A stretch of 64,000 bases of DNA from Methanotrichaceae archaeon (GTDB lineage: Archaea > Halobacteriota > Methanosarcinia > Methanotrichales > Methanotrichaceae), in the NCBI GenBank assembly GCA_963754945.1, contig CAVWIG010000007.1, forward strand, positions 50,134 to 114,133. Direction: 5' to 3'. The position numbers and the translations under genes were made by a program. Below the pieces are notes generated by a model, which made no database searches, had not been told where the DNA came from, and saw only the letters and a list, made by a program, of their open reading frames with translations. This document shows, piece by piece, positions 28,563 through 38,709 of this stretch (position 1 is its first letter; every line of letters begins with the position of its first letter).

Positions 28563-30566
28563 TCATCTATTAGTCGTCTTACACAAATTACGGAATATCT
28601 TTGAAGCCTGGGCAGCGGCAATGCAACCCTTTGTGCATCTTCCGCAACGGTTGCACCTATTCTCATCGACTGAGAACGTCCCCTCAACGGTAACGGCTTC
28701 TCTTTTACAGCTCTTCTCGCATATTCCGCAGCGAGTGCACGTTTGGACCCGCAGTACGGTCTCTACAACCTTCGCGAGAAGATCATCGGCTTTTTCTTTT
28801 GGAGCGACCACGAGAAGATGCCCGTCGGCAAAGATAGTGCACTTGCCCTCCTTGGTTTCAACGATCGCAGTGCCTAGATCTTCTGAATATTTTACAGTTC
28901 CAAGTATGTTCAAGGCATTGGCCACATCTGAGAAGGGATGGTTTTGCGGAACTGCAAGGTTCGCCTCGATGGAATAACCTGCTCCACAGGGAGATCGGCC
29001 TTTTACCAGATCGAGCCCCACCTCTTTCTTCCTACCGGGACCAGCCTTCAGGTCGATTCCGTGTGCCTTTGCGATCTCAAAGATCTTGGGCGGATGGGAG
29101 CGCCACCGCCAGAAGCCCCAGTCAACGTGTCTCATGTCCAGTGAGCTTGCCTTTGCCCAGTCCAGCAGGTAGGATGTCCATTTTTCATAGAGCTCCGGAT
29201 GCGTCCTCTTCGTATTTGCAAACTCAGACTGGAGAGATGCCGGACAGAGCCAGCAGCCAATCCTCTCGTAATCCTTTTCGTATAGGGGGTTGGGCTCAAG
29301 ATTGTTCCAGTAGATGTAGAGCATGACCTCCAGAGCTTTCCAATTGCGTATTGGGCTGAGGGTGATCTGGTTTGGTACGAAGGGGTTCTTCTCTACGGCA
29401 CCAATTCTGGAACGGCTGAAGGACTCGTAGATCCGCCTTCCATCAATGGTCACGCAGCCCTCGGGGTAATGGTGCTGTATGAATGTCGTAAGCGGTCCAA
29501 GCTTGTTGGTCTTACAGCACCACCGGAAGTCCTTCGCCGGAGGGCCGTAGTTTTGGACATCCTCGAAAAACTTGTTCTCCCCTTCGATCACACGAAGGTT
29601 GAGGTTATGAGCCTTGGCAAGGCTGTGCACATAGTCCACAGTATCCGGAAACTCCAGCTTGGTGTCGATGAACAGCACTTCTGCCTTCGGGTGAACCTTG
29701 AGTCCGAGGCATAGGCAAGCAAGGCTATCCTTTCCGCCGCTGAAGGAGACGTTGACGGGAAGCTTTGACCGTGAGATAAAATCTTCCAGCTCTCTTATTG
29801 CTTCCTTCTCCAACCGTTTCAGGTGTGCCTCGTTGGCCAATATCACGTCTTCCCTGCTTGGGGTAGCTTCGTGAAGCTTGAACTGCTCCTTGGTCAGTTC
29901 TTTCGCTCTTATGGAGAGCGAGCCTTTACCCTTCTTGCGAACTACACCTACACCAGTGTATTTCCCTATTCTCAGGATAACTGATTCGCCTTCCGTCAGA
30001 TCATCGGGCTTTTTTATGATGCTCTCGTTTTCAATCCACTTTCCTTTGATGTGTCCACTCAGCAGTTCCTCGCTGCAGATAACAACGTTCTTGCTCGCAA
30101 TATCGGCAAGCATAGCAGCCCCGGCGAGCTCCAGGTCTAGCTGAAAGGATCCTGTTGTTATATCGAACCATAGGGTGGCTATGTGGTGACCGTCAATGAA
30201 GACCTGGTCCCTTCTGTCGATGCCGGCTATCTTGTTCAACAGGATTGGGCGTTTCTCAAGGAAGCCCGCCCAGCCGTAACTCTTGGTGAACATCTCCTTC
30301 AGCAAATCCCTTCCGGAGATTGAGCAGAGACGGACGTCTGAAGGAGGCGAAAGATAGATGCGCTTGCCTGAGTTTCCGCAGATTGAGCACCTTATGGAGA
30401 GCAAGGGGACGTTGCAGGTCTCGCACCAAAAGATCTCGTTGCCGCCGGGGGCGAAGGTCTTTCCCCGCTCTTCTCTTTTTACAGCTCTAACGCTATCGCC
30501 TCGCTCCCTGGTGGACTGTTTAGAGACGGCTTGTCCGGGGATGGATTGCCTTGGACGGATTCTCAT
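28563..30566 (-). CDS. PAPS reductase family protein with N-terminal Zn ribbon and C-terminal ferredoxin domain
   Basis: WCETCNVP, SFSGGKDS, RWCCKTNKL, RIGCWLCP and two CxxCxxCxxxC motifs; the start may be further downstream. Confidence 0.93.
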   Translation of the reverse strand: MRIRPRQSIPGQAVSKQSTRERGDSVRAVKREERGKTFAPGGNEIFWCETCNVPLLSIRCSICGNSGKRIYLSPPSDVRLCSISGRDLLKEMFTKSYGWAGFLEKRPILLNKIAGIDRRDQVFIDGHHIATLWFDITTGSFQLDLELAGAAMLADIASKNVVICSEELLSGHIKGKWIENESIIKKPDDLTEGESVILRIGKYTGVGVVRKKGKGSLSIRAKELTKEQFKLHEATPSREDVILANEAHLKRLEKEAIRELEDFISRSKLPVNVSFSGGKDSLACLCLGLKVHPKAEVLFIDTKLEFPDTVDYVHSLAKAHNLNLRVIEGENKFFEDVQNYGPPAKDFRWCCKTNKLGPLTTFIQHHYPEGCVTIDGRRIYESFSRSRIGAVEKNPFVPNQITLSPIRNWKALEVMLYIYWNNLEPNPLYEKDYERIGCWLCPASLQSEFANTKRTHPELYEKWTSYLLDWAKASSLDMRHVDWGFWRWRSHPPKIFEIAKAHGIDLKAGPGRKKEVGLDLVKGRSPCGAGYSIEANLAVPQNHPFSDVANALNILGTVKYSEDLGTAIVETKEGKCTIFADGHLLVVAPKEKADDLLAKVVETVLRVQTCTRCGICEKSCKREAVTVEGTFSVDENRCNRCGRCTKGCIAAAQASKIFRNLCKTTNR

Positions 30567-30668
30567 GAATTGTCACTGGCGATGTTGGCAAGGATATTTA
30601 ACTTTTGGCGAACAAAACAGAAGGGCGCAAACTTCTGACCCTCCTGACAGGGCATGATCATAATCCCA

Positions 30669-30908
30669 TTATTTCAAATCCATGAATTTAGATGCGTTTT
30701 GCAAATTAGATAACAGTTCTGATCCTTTGGACGTTATTTTGAAGAATCTCCCTTCTTTCAGTATCATTTCTCGATCAATGAGCCACTTTAGATAACCTTC
30801 AGCATTCTTGAAGTTGAGGTTGGCCTTATACACGATTTCAGTCTTCTTGGCCTCATCCTTGCATATGAGGAGTATGCTTCTAGCGATCTCCAATTTATCA
30901 CGTTTCAT
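30669..30908 (-). CDS. Winged helix-turn-helix protein (archaeal HTH_45 type)
   Basis: KRDKLEI..IL, KKTEIVYKANLNF and FKITSKG motifs. Confidence 0.9.
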   Translation of the reverse strand: MKRDKLEIARSILLICKDEAKKTEIVYKANLNFKNAEGYLKWLIDREMILKEGRFFKITSKGSELLSNLQNASKFMDLK

Positions 30909-30953
30909 AAGAAGACGCTCCTTTTGACGATTGAGACAGATGGCTCGAAAGTA

Positions 30954-31244
30954 TTAGGTTATAATCGAAAGCTCAGCAAGTCCAGTTGCGCTGTTTGGTA
31001 CTGCCTCATAAATCGTACCGTTGATTGCCACCTGAACATAGCCCTCTTTGGGTGTTGCGTTGTAATTGTGAGTGGCCAGGAAAAAGGCCAAATCTTCAAC
31101 TGTCATGTGAGTGTCGTGGTACTGCGAGATCATCTCTGTCAGATCATGGTTCTCGACCACTGCTCCGAATGCGGGATTAGCTGAAACGAATAAAGTGAAA
31201 GTCAGAGCAGCCATTAAGTACGATACAATCTGTCTCATCATCAT
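30954..31244 (-). CDS. Small secreted hypothetical protein
   Basis: Signal peptide; DLAFFLATHNYNATPKEGYV core. Confidence 0.7.
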   Translation of the reverse strand: MMMRQIVSYLMAALTFTLFVSANPAFGAVVENHDLTEMISQYHDTHMTVEDLAFFLATHNYNATPKEGYVQVAINGTIYEAVPNSATGLAELSIIT

Positions 31245-31686
31245 GAGTCATAGGTAGTTCCAGCGGATATAAGGCTCCAGGAAAAAAGTCTTCTAAGTGG
31301 TAAGTAGAATCATTGTTACGGTATCAGTAGTACGAATTTGGCATTCAAGGTTATTACTGGTGAAGCAACCCCAGCACATCAACCTTCTGGATAGCATCTG
31401 CCCTGGAAGAATCTAACAGCTCCTAAGGCACATTCCGCACTTATCGTCATCATCCCGTAGGTGTACTTCTCCTCTGAACCACAAAGTGACCGGACTTTCG
31501 GTACAGGAGAATCTGTATAGTTCCGACTTCGCACTGTCCTATGTGTGCTAGGTATCGTTCAGGACGACCAAAACTGGCAGAATGGCACGAAACTCTAGAT
31601 TGGCCACTCACAGGCTTCTAGGTTGTTAATGGCCACATGCAAAAATTTATGAACATTAAACGCCCAATACTATTGGTGGTTTTGTA

Positions 31687-32580
31687 ATGAAATTCAGCCA
31701 ATCGATCATCATAATGATCGCGATCCTGGCTGCTGCGACGGTCGTCTCGGCCCAAACAGTCAGCGTCGATCAACTCAAGCAGATGACGGAGAAATCAGCA
31801 GGAAATCTCACCAGGTACACGTACACGAGGTCTGCACAGAGCGATTTCCTTTTCACCAATGCTTCGCTTAAGACCGAATTCAATGCTCATAAGTCCACGA
31901 ATGGGCAGGTAGACCTGGTTAACAAATCGGGGTGGTGGAGTTCAAACCTAACTGACGAAGAGAGCAGAAATGTACTCAATTGGGAGGGCTATTTTGTGGG
32001 CAGTTCCGAGTATTGGAAGCAGGGCCAGAACTGGACGAAGTTTCCCGTCAATGACACCGCCCGGATGATGCAAAATTACAATGAGATTCCCGGAGAGGTT
32101 AATCTCCTAAAGTACTCCAACTTAAAAATAGTCGGCTCAGAGAAGTTCCAAGGCGAAGATACCTATAAGCTCGTCGGCTCGCCTTTCGAGTTCATATGCA
32201 AGGGAATTTGTGGTCTCGAGCTACTGTCGGCCTACATCCAGTCACCCTTACCAATGCCAGAGAAACTCAAAAACGGAACGTTGGATATCAATACAACTGG
32301 CCTGCTGAACAACAGCCACACAGTACTGACTGCCTGGGTATCCAAAGATAAATATCTCCTGAGGAGGTTGAACATCAACTCAAGCCTGACTGTTACACCC
32401 AAGATACTGAATATCTCTTCTCCGGACTTCAAGATTGTGAGCACAATGAATGAATCTACAGTTTACAATAACTTTGGATCACATCTGAATATAGTGCTTC
32501 CCAAAGAGGCTCAAGGCCCGTATTCTCCCATCAAAGGAACGGATTGGAGATGGGCAGTCTTCGGATCGATAAGACCTTAA
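31687..32580 (+). CDS. Secreted LolA-like/DUF6612-type protein
   Basis: Signal peptide; GSEKFQGEDTY, WVSKDKYLLRR and YNNFG..LNIVLPKEA motifs. Confidence 0.7.
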   Translation: MKFSQSIIIMIAILAAATVVSAQTVSVDQLKQMTEKSAGNLTRYTYTRSAQSDFLFTNASLKTEFNAHKSTNGQVDLVNKSGWWSSNLTDEESRNVLNWEGYFVGSSEYWKQGQNWTKFPVNDTARMMQNYNEIPGEVNLLKYSNLKIVGSEKFQGEDTYKLVGSPFEFICKGICGLELLSAYIQSPLPMPEKLKNGTLDINTTGLLNNSHTVLTAWVSKDKYLLRRLNINSSLTVTPKILNISSPDFKIVSTMNESTVYNNFGSHLNIVLPKEAQGPYSPIKGTDWRWAVFGSIRP

Positions 32581-32591
32581 ATCGGGGGTTA

Positions 32592-33170
32592 ATGAATATG
32601 ACAGGCAAACTTAATAAATGGAAATTGGGATTCTTGTTCGCCGGGCTTTGCACTGTGGTAATTCTAGCCACAGTACTGACGGTTGCTGGACAGGGCACGT
32701 ATTCCTCCGGATCTTATCCATCCGTCTCGTCTGCTTCTGGATCTTCGGCTTCAACCCCATCAACCTCCAGTTCAGATAGAGCTTACTGCGTGGGATTGGG
32801 TTATCTCTACAGATCAGCCCCAGGAATAAACAACGGCCAGGGATTCTGCCAATTCGGAGGCAATAGCTGGTGTGATGCCCATACCTTTGCCACCGGGTCG
32901 TGCAGTCCCAGCTCTTATGGCTTCAGCAACCCGTACGGGTACTACTATCCGAACTACTACGGTGTTTATCCAAGTGGGCTGAACTACGGTGGGTCGATCA
33001 ATTCATGTCAGGACTATGGTGGCAGCATGCAAAGTATTCATACCCCATATGGAGACGTTAACGAGTGTGTCTACCCGAACGGAAGTCCGATGAACTTCTA
33101 TGGTCCATACGACGGATATCTCGGAGATAACTGGTACTACTACGCTTACAACTACCTGAACTCACCTTAG
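32592..33170 (+). CDS. Secreted Cys/Tyr/Gly-rich protein (two DUF333-like motifs)
   Basis: TM/signal segment, Ser-rich linker, then AYCVGLG...CQF..N.WCD...F and CQDYGG...CVYPNG. Confidence 0.7.
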   Translation: MNMTGKLNKWKLGFLFAGLCTVVILATVLTVAGQGTYSSGSYPSVSSASGSSASTPSTSSSDRAYCVGLGYLYRSAPGINNGQGFCQFGGNSWCDAHTFATGSCSPSSYGFSNPYGYYYPNYYGVYPSGLNYGGSINSCQDYGGSMQSIHTPYGDVNECVYPNGSPMNFYGPYDGYLGDNWYYYAYNYLNSP

Positions 33171-33428
33171 CGTGGAAAGCGTATAAACTATTTTTTTATT
33201 TTTGGTAATTGGTATTTTTCGCACCTAACTTCAAGTTATGTTATACCTTATATTGTTCATATGAATATGATTTGGGGTTTATACTTATGTTGAAAGGCTG
33301 TATCAAGAAGCTTAAAAATTCGGGCTAAAGCCTCACTGGCGGATAGAGAATACGATATAAATTTTGCTCAAAAATAGCTAAAAGAAAGTTAGGTCCAATT
33401 ACATGGACTCAATTCTCGCAAGAAGCAA

Positions 33429-33563
33429 TTATTTTGGTTTAGAGGATTTCCCTTTGAGTTCCTCTTTAAACGTCTCGATAATCTCGCCAGCACAGACCTT
33501 ACAGACACCCTTCTTTCCGACTTCTTTCTCTGCCGGTTTTCCGCAAAATGTACATATCGCCAT
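33429..33563 (-). CDS. 44-aa zinc-finger micro-protein (absent from ORF track)
   Basis: MAICTFCGKPAEKEVGKKGVCKVCAGEIIETFKEELKGKSSKPK*; two CxxC motifs; GGTGAT RBS upstream. Confidence 0.75.
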   Translation of the reverse strand: MAICTFCGKPAEKEVGKKGVCKVCAGEIIETFKEELKGKSSKPK

Positions 33564-33601
33564 GATTAAATCACCGTTCTTAATAAGAACTTCTTAAGCA
33601 T

Positions 33602-34024
33602 TTAAGGTTTCTCCTCCGTTTCCTCTACCCATTTGTGATGCACGCCGTAAGCCCTCCAAACAGCCTGCGTCCACAGCTCGACACGCCTTCTGTGCTCTTG
33701 TGGATTTGTCGCTTCCAGCACATCGGCCACTGTGACGCTTCCCCGGTCGTCCGGTGCCTTCAAGTCCGGAAAGCCCCGGTATTTCTGCCTTACCAACCGG
33801 CTCAATTGCCTATCCTGAAAGCCGATAGCGGGTGAGCTGCAGCGGTATAGGATGAAATAGAGGCGCAGAAGGTGAAATGCGTTAGACCTAGGGCTATGAG
33901 TCTCTGAGTGCTGAAGAACATAGCAGTCAACCGAAAAGCAGATGCACTGCCCCGTATTCCGGATTGCCGTATTCCAGGAAAAGAACCTTGCCGAAAAGAT
34001 CATCGCACTTTTCGCCTTCCACAA
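33602..34024 (-). pseudogene. DUF5946-like protein, N-terminus degraded
   Basis: VDCYVLQH, HLLRL and VTVADVL...VELW..AVW.AY..HH motifs; no convincing start. Confidence 0.6.
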
Positions 34025-34212
34025 GGGGAGCTACCACAGTAAGGGCAGGCAAATTTGAATTGTTGGCGGGCTGCCGTTGGAGGCGAAGTCGGCGAAGTAT
34101 GTGATGAGAGTGATGAAGGAGATGAGGGCATCATAATTTCTCGAATCTCTTTTCGCATGTTCCTATTTCACTTCGTAGGTGTCCGCCGTTATCCGCTCAT
34201 ACGGTCTCACAT

Positions 34213-35442
34213 TCACGGCGCAGGAACCTTTTCGGGCACGATCTCAGCTTCGAGGGTGAACCTGCCGCCTTTGACTGCAACGATGGTCACGCTCTTCTGC
34301 GGAACGTGGCTGCCGTTGGGGTAGCTGATATTGCCTGTGACGCCCCGGAAATCCTTCGTATCCTGTATGGCTCTTTGAATCGCCTTAGGGTCGGTCGAAC
34401 CAGCACGCCAGATGGCATCGACCATAAGCCGCATCGTATCATATCCAAGGGCTGCAAACGCATTCTCTGGGTTGTGGCCGTACTCCTTGTTATAGGCGGT
34501 GATGAACTTCTTGACGCCCTCATCTCCGCTGTTCGGGTCCATCAGGGCGTGGGTGCTGAAGTAGACGTTGTCGGAAGCATTGCCCTCCAGATTCAGAATC
34601 TCCGGAGTGTCATAGCCGTCCCCGCCCACAATCGGACCGACAAGACCGGCATTCCGGAACTGCTCGATGACCGTGCCTGCATTGTACGGCATTGCGGCGA
34701 TGTAATAGAAATCAGGCTTATCGGACATATTCTTCAGATCGGCTATCTGCTTCGAGATATCGGTTTTGTTGTCGGTGTACGTATCTTCGAGCACCACATC
34801 CCCGCCTAGATCCTTGAAGCTGCCCAGGAAATAACCGGCTAACAGCACCGTATAATCAGCGCTCTTATCCACCAGGAGGTATGCTCTCTTGCCGAAGTGC
34901 TTGGCTGCAAACTCCGCTCCTGCTGCAGCCTGAACGTTATCTCCAAAGCAGGCCAGGTAGACCATGTCGCCTATCTGATCCGGGATCTTCGGCGAGGTAG
35001 CACCCACAGTTATGAACGGCAGACCTGCTTTCTGGAATATCGGGCCTACGGCCAAAACAGAATTCGTATCGGAAAATCCTATGCCCGAGATGACCTTGTC
35101 AGAGTCCACGAACTGCTGGGCTATCTGGGCTGTTAGGTTCATATCGTACCTGCTGTCACGCACCACTAGCTCGACTGGTCGTCCGAACACGCCACTCTCG
35201 GCGTTGATCTCTTTAAGAGCGAGCATGGCCCCATTTGCGGCCGGTCCATCAAGGGCTGATTCTCCACCCGTCAATGCGAAGCCGCCTGCAATCTTTATAG
35301 CTTCACCACTTGCCAATTGGGCTGCCTGTTGATGTGGTGCGTTCTGCGATACATTTGCGGACACGGCATGTACGATGGCCAACGAGATCAGTATCAAAAA
35401 CAATGCAAATATAAAAACAGGAATGTATGTTCGTTTCATCAA
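34213..35442 (-). CDS. Branched-chain amino acid-type ABC substrate-binding protein (orphan)
   Basis: Signal peptide; EINA..GV.GRPVELVVRD, ALGYD and F.GVTG.I motifs; no adjacent permease or ATPase. Confidence 0.9.
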   Translation of the reverse strand: MMKRTYIPVFIFALFLILISLAIVHAVSANVSQNAPHQQAAQLASGEAIKIAGGFALTGGESALDGPAANGAMLALKEINAESGVFGRPVELVVRDSRYDMNLTAQIAQQFVDSDKVISGIGFSDTNSVLAVGPIFQKAGLPFITVGATSPKIPDQIGDMVYLACFGDNVQAAAGAEFAAKHFGKRAYLLVDKSADYTVLLAGYFLGSFKDLGGDVVLEDTYTDNKTDISKQIADLKNMSDKPDFYYIAAMPYNAGTVIEQFRNAGLVGPIVGGDGYDTPEILNLEGNASDNVYFSTHALMDPNSGDEGVKKFITAYNKEYGHNPENAFAALGYDTMRLMVDAIWRAGSTDPKAIQRAIQDTKDFRGVTGNISYPNGSHVPQKSVTIVAVKGGRFTLEAEIVPEKVPAP

Positions 35443-35753
35443 TTATCACTCAATCAATACAATGTGAAGCACACATAAACAACTTGCCATAAGCCAACTA
35501 TAGCCACCTGGTACATCGACTTGTATCGTCTTCAATTTGCCATAATCAAGTCCCTGGTGAACTACGCGCATGAACCCCACGAAAAGGCACGTTCTACCGC
35601 CATTTATTGGGACAAAGGAGGAGTAGACAATTAAACAATAAGATCTCCAGCGAGATTATCCTATCAGATCGAAACCACAGAAGGGCTATCGGACCAGAGT
35701 ATTGGCTTACTTCTCTCGGCCTCGATGCCCTCCACATCCTACGCCATGATTTT

Positions 35754-36179
35754 TTACTTTATAACGAATGGTTTTTGATCGTTTCCGCCCTTCATCTTCG
35801 CCCACATGCACTCTGGATCTACGCCGAATTTGAACATGTATGGGTATTTTCTCAATTGATCGCTACCATCGCCTGGCCTGTAGACCTTTTCCCCCTGGTA
35901 GTCGTTTACACCGTTGGGCTCCTGAACAAGCTGATGTTCAAGGAGAGGTATGCACTCGAGCCAACTATTTGATTGAGACTGTTGCATGGCCCACTCCTCA
36001 ACATTTGCAGCGCCGTTGGTCGGAACGTTTGAAGGCAGCTTCAAAGATCTACAACAGTTTGTGCATCCTACTAGCAGGACTCCGTTTGTATCATTCAAAT
36101 GCAGGAAAGATCTTACGATGTTCCCCGGATCTATCTCTATTTCCTGGTCGCAAACGGGACAAATAGTTTTTAGTGCCAT
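35754..36179 (-). CDS. Hypothetical Cys-rich (putative Zn-binding) protein
   Basis: GGAGG RBS; CPVC...CTNCC plus two further Cys. Confidence 0.75.
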   Translation of the reverse strand: MALKTICPVCDQEIEIDPGNIVRSFLHLNDTNGVLLVGCTNCCRSLKLPSNVPTNGAANVEEWAMQQSQSNSWLECIPLLEHQLVQEPNGVNDYQGEKVYRPGDGSDQLRKYPYMFKFGVDPECMWAKMKGGNDQKPFVIK

Positions 36180-36501
36180 CTCAACAAACCTCCTATAGCT
36201 TAAGATAATAGTGTCATTGAACTTATTTATACTTGAGCAATTATAGCCTGACGATAATTCGATAAGAAAATTGCGCCGGATAGTCCATTGGCAGCCCTGG
36301 ATGATTACTAAGAACTCCAGAGCATCCTTGCCCAGGAGTCGTTCGCGTCATTGATAGTCCTTTGGTAGAGAGGACATGCATCGATAAAACCGCGGGTCTG
36401 ATAACTATCCATCCAAAGCCTTTAGTTCGCCTGGACGAAAGTGCAACCCCGAAAGAGCGTAGTCTTAAGCAGAAAACCATCACAATGCGATTAGAGGTAA
36501 A

Positions 36502-36705
36502 ATGCCAACAACGAAAAACGGTCAGTACAGAAAGGACATCCACCCTGGACAGGAAGTGGATGTCGTGTTGAAGAACGATCAGCGAACGGGCAAGAGAACC
36601 CGTGGCATAGTGAAAGAGATCCTTACCAACTCATCCCATCATCCCCACGGCATCAAAGTGCGACTGGAAAATGGACAGGTGGGCAGGGTGCAAGAGATCC
36701 CGTGA
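36502..36705 (+). CDS. YwbE (DUF2196) family protein
   Basis: G..R.DI.PG..V..V.K.DQRTGK.T.G.V..ILT.S..HPHGIKVRL..GQVGRV signature. Confidence 0.92.
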   Translation: MPTTKNGQYRKDIHPGQEVDVVLKNDQRTGKRTRGIVKEILTNSSHHPHGIKVRLENGQVGRVQEIP

Positions 36706-36845
36706 TATCCCTGCAAACGATTGCTATGCAACCACTCCGCGAGTGTCAACTTTATTCACGGATCTTCATTTCGGGCTTAAGAGATTCAGATTCTCTGCTT
36801 TGCTCAAACCTTAACCTTTTATCCTATTCTTGCATTGATTTCTAC

Positions 36846-37127
36846 ATGGTAAAAGAAGTTCATGCAGCCCACATCCTCGTGAAGAGCGACAAGAAAGCCT
36901 TGGAAGTCCTGGATAAGCTAAACAAAGGCCTGAGCTTCACTGAAGCGGCAAGAAAGTATTCGGATTGCCCTTCTAGCAAGAGCGGAGGAGATCTTGGATG
37001 GTTTGGCAAGGGCAGAATGGTGCCCGAGTTCGAGAAGGTCGCTTTCGAAGGTGACAAGGGCAAGTTGCTTGGCCCGGTGAAAACCCAGTTTGGGTATCAC
37101 TTGATCAAGGTTCTGGACAAAAAATAA
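36846..37127 (+). CDS. Parvulin-type peptidyl-prolyl isomerase
   Basis: HILVK, S.CPS...GGDLGWF..G.MVPEFE and PVKTQFGYHLI motifs. Confidence 0.95.
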   Translation: MVKEVHAAHILVKSDKKALEVLDKLNKGLSFTEAARKYSDCPSSKSGGDLGWFGKGRMVPEFEKVAFEGDKGKLLGPVKTQFGYHLIKVLDKK

Positions 37128-37308
37128 TCAAGATCAAGTGAACCTCTCTCTTATGTTTTGTCCGTTCTGTCACGCAAAGTATGGAGATCATGAAGGAAGA
37201 AATGGTCCGAGTCGGTTTAATCGTATTGTATCCTTGACATAATGAGGGCTGAATGCCTACTACTCGAAAACGGACCGGCTTATAAAATAGTTAAAGGTAT
37301 AGAGACAA

Positions 37309-38322
37309 CTACAGAATTATCTCTATATCCAGCTCTTCAGCCAGTTCCTTATAACGGTTTCTTATGGTGACCTCAGTCACGCCTGCCACATCCGCAACTT
37401 CGCGCTGTGTCCTGCGGTCCCCGCAAAGGATCGAGGCGATGTAGATTGCTGCTGCGGCAACGCCCGTTGGTCCACGCCCAGAGGTCAGCTCCTTCTCTGC
37501 TGCCTGCCGCAGGATCTCTATGCCTTTGGCCTGCACCTCGCCTTTGAGGTTCAGCCCGGAGCAAAACCTTGGGATGTAGTCAATCGGACTCGTCGGCATC
37601 AGCTTGAGTGCCAGCTCTCTGGAGACGAACCTGTAGGTTCGACCGATCTCCTTCCTGCTAACCCTTGAAACCTCTGCGATCTCATCCAAGGTTCGCGGCA
37701 CGTTGCACTGCCTGCACGCAGCGTAAAGGGCAGCGGCGGCTACGCCCTCTATGCTTCGCCCGCGGATGAGGTTCTTGTCAACGGCTTTTCTGTAGACAAC
37801 TGCTGCTGTCTCTCTGACGTTCCTGGACAGTCCAAGGGCAGATGCCATCCTGTCCAGCTCGGACAATGCGAAGGCCAGGTTTCTCTCGGTGGCATTGCTG
37901 ACCCGGATGCGCCTCTGCCACTTCCTGAGCCTGTAGAGTTGAGCCCTGTTCTTGGAGGATATTGTCTTTCCGTAGGAATCCCTGTTTCTCCAATCGATCA
38001 TTGTGGAGAGGCCCTTGTCGTGTATTGTGTAGGTCATGGGCGCGCCGACCCTCGATCTCTTCATGCGCTGATCGTGGTCGAAGGCCCTCCACTCTGGCCC
38101 CTGATCTATGAAGTTCTCATCTATGACGAGACCGCAGTCGGAACACACGAGCTCTGCCCGCTCATAGTCCCGCACCAGAGTGTGGCTCTTACACTCCGGA
38201 CACTCTACGGTGAACTTCTCGAACTCGTCAACCTTCTCCTTCTCTCGTTTTAGCCGGGTCTTCTCCTTGATCTTTTCCGGTTCAGTCCTCTCTATCTCTC
38301 TTATCTTCTCTATCTCTTCCAC
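37309..38322 (-). CDS. tfb: Transcription initiation factor IIB
   Basis: CPEC...CSDCG Zn ribbon; GPEWRAF, HDKGLST and cyclin repeats. Confidence 0.98.
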   Translation of the reverse strand: MEEIEKIREIERTEPEKIKEKTRLKREKEKVDEFEKFTVECPECKSHTLVRDYERAELVCSDCGLVIDENFIDQGPEWRAFDHDQRMKRSRVGAPMTYTIHDKGLSTMIDWRNRDSYGKTISSKNRAQLYRLRKWQRRIRVSNATERNLAFALSELDRMASALGLSRNVRETAAVVYRKAVDKNLIRGRSIEGVAAAALYAACRQCNVPRTLDEIAEVSRVSRKEIGRTYRFVSRELALKLMPTSPIDYIPRFCSGLNLKGEVQAKGIEILRQAAEKELTSGRGPTGVAAAAIYIASILCGDRRTQREVADVAGVTEVTIRNRYKELAEELDIEIIL

Positions 38323-38588
38323 TTATTACCATCTCTCCCCGACGTCTCGTCAACGTAGAGTTTCTTTCCGACGTGGACTGCGGCGTTAATTCCTCTGTTT
38401 GGCCGAACGATGATGTAGGGATGCCTTACAGGGCCGAATATGTCAAAAACTCTCCCGATCTTCATCCTCTTCTGGTCAACGACTACAGAATTAGTTTGGG
38501 GAATCTGTGTCTCAATTCCTTCGACAGGCTCGCTACGTACTATCAGTCTGTTCTGAACAACATGGAGGGCGGTGCCCAACCTTCTCAA
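38310..38588 (-). CDS. gar1: H/ACA RNP subunit Gar1
   Basis: [18 protein letters not shown]; conserved gar1-tfb synteny. Confidence 0.9.
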   Translation of the reverse strand: MRRLGTALHVVQNRLIVRSEPVEGIETQIPQTNSVVVDQKRMKIGRVFDIFGPVRHPYIIVRPNRGINAAVHVGKKLYVDETSGRDGNKWKR

Positions 38589-38709
38589 ACGGCCACCTTC
38601 ATCTATATAGATATAGAAGCTATATTTAAACCTTCCGAAAACGTTTTATTGATGACTTCAATTCCGCCCGCCCTAAAGCTTTATCTGCCCTCGCCGGCAT
38701 TATCAAACG

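Noticed and set aside
36390-36460. CTGATAA...CGAAA resembling a hammerhead ribozyme core
   Set aside because: The core deviates from CUGAUGA and I could not form the three required stems.
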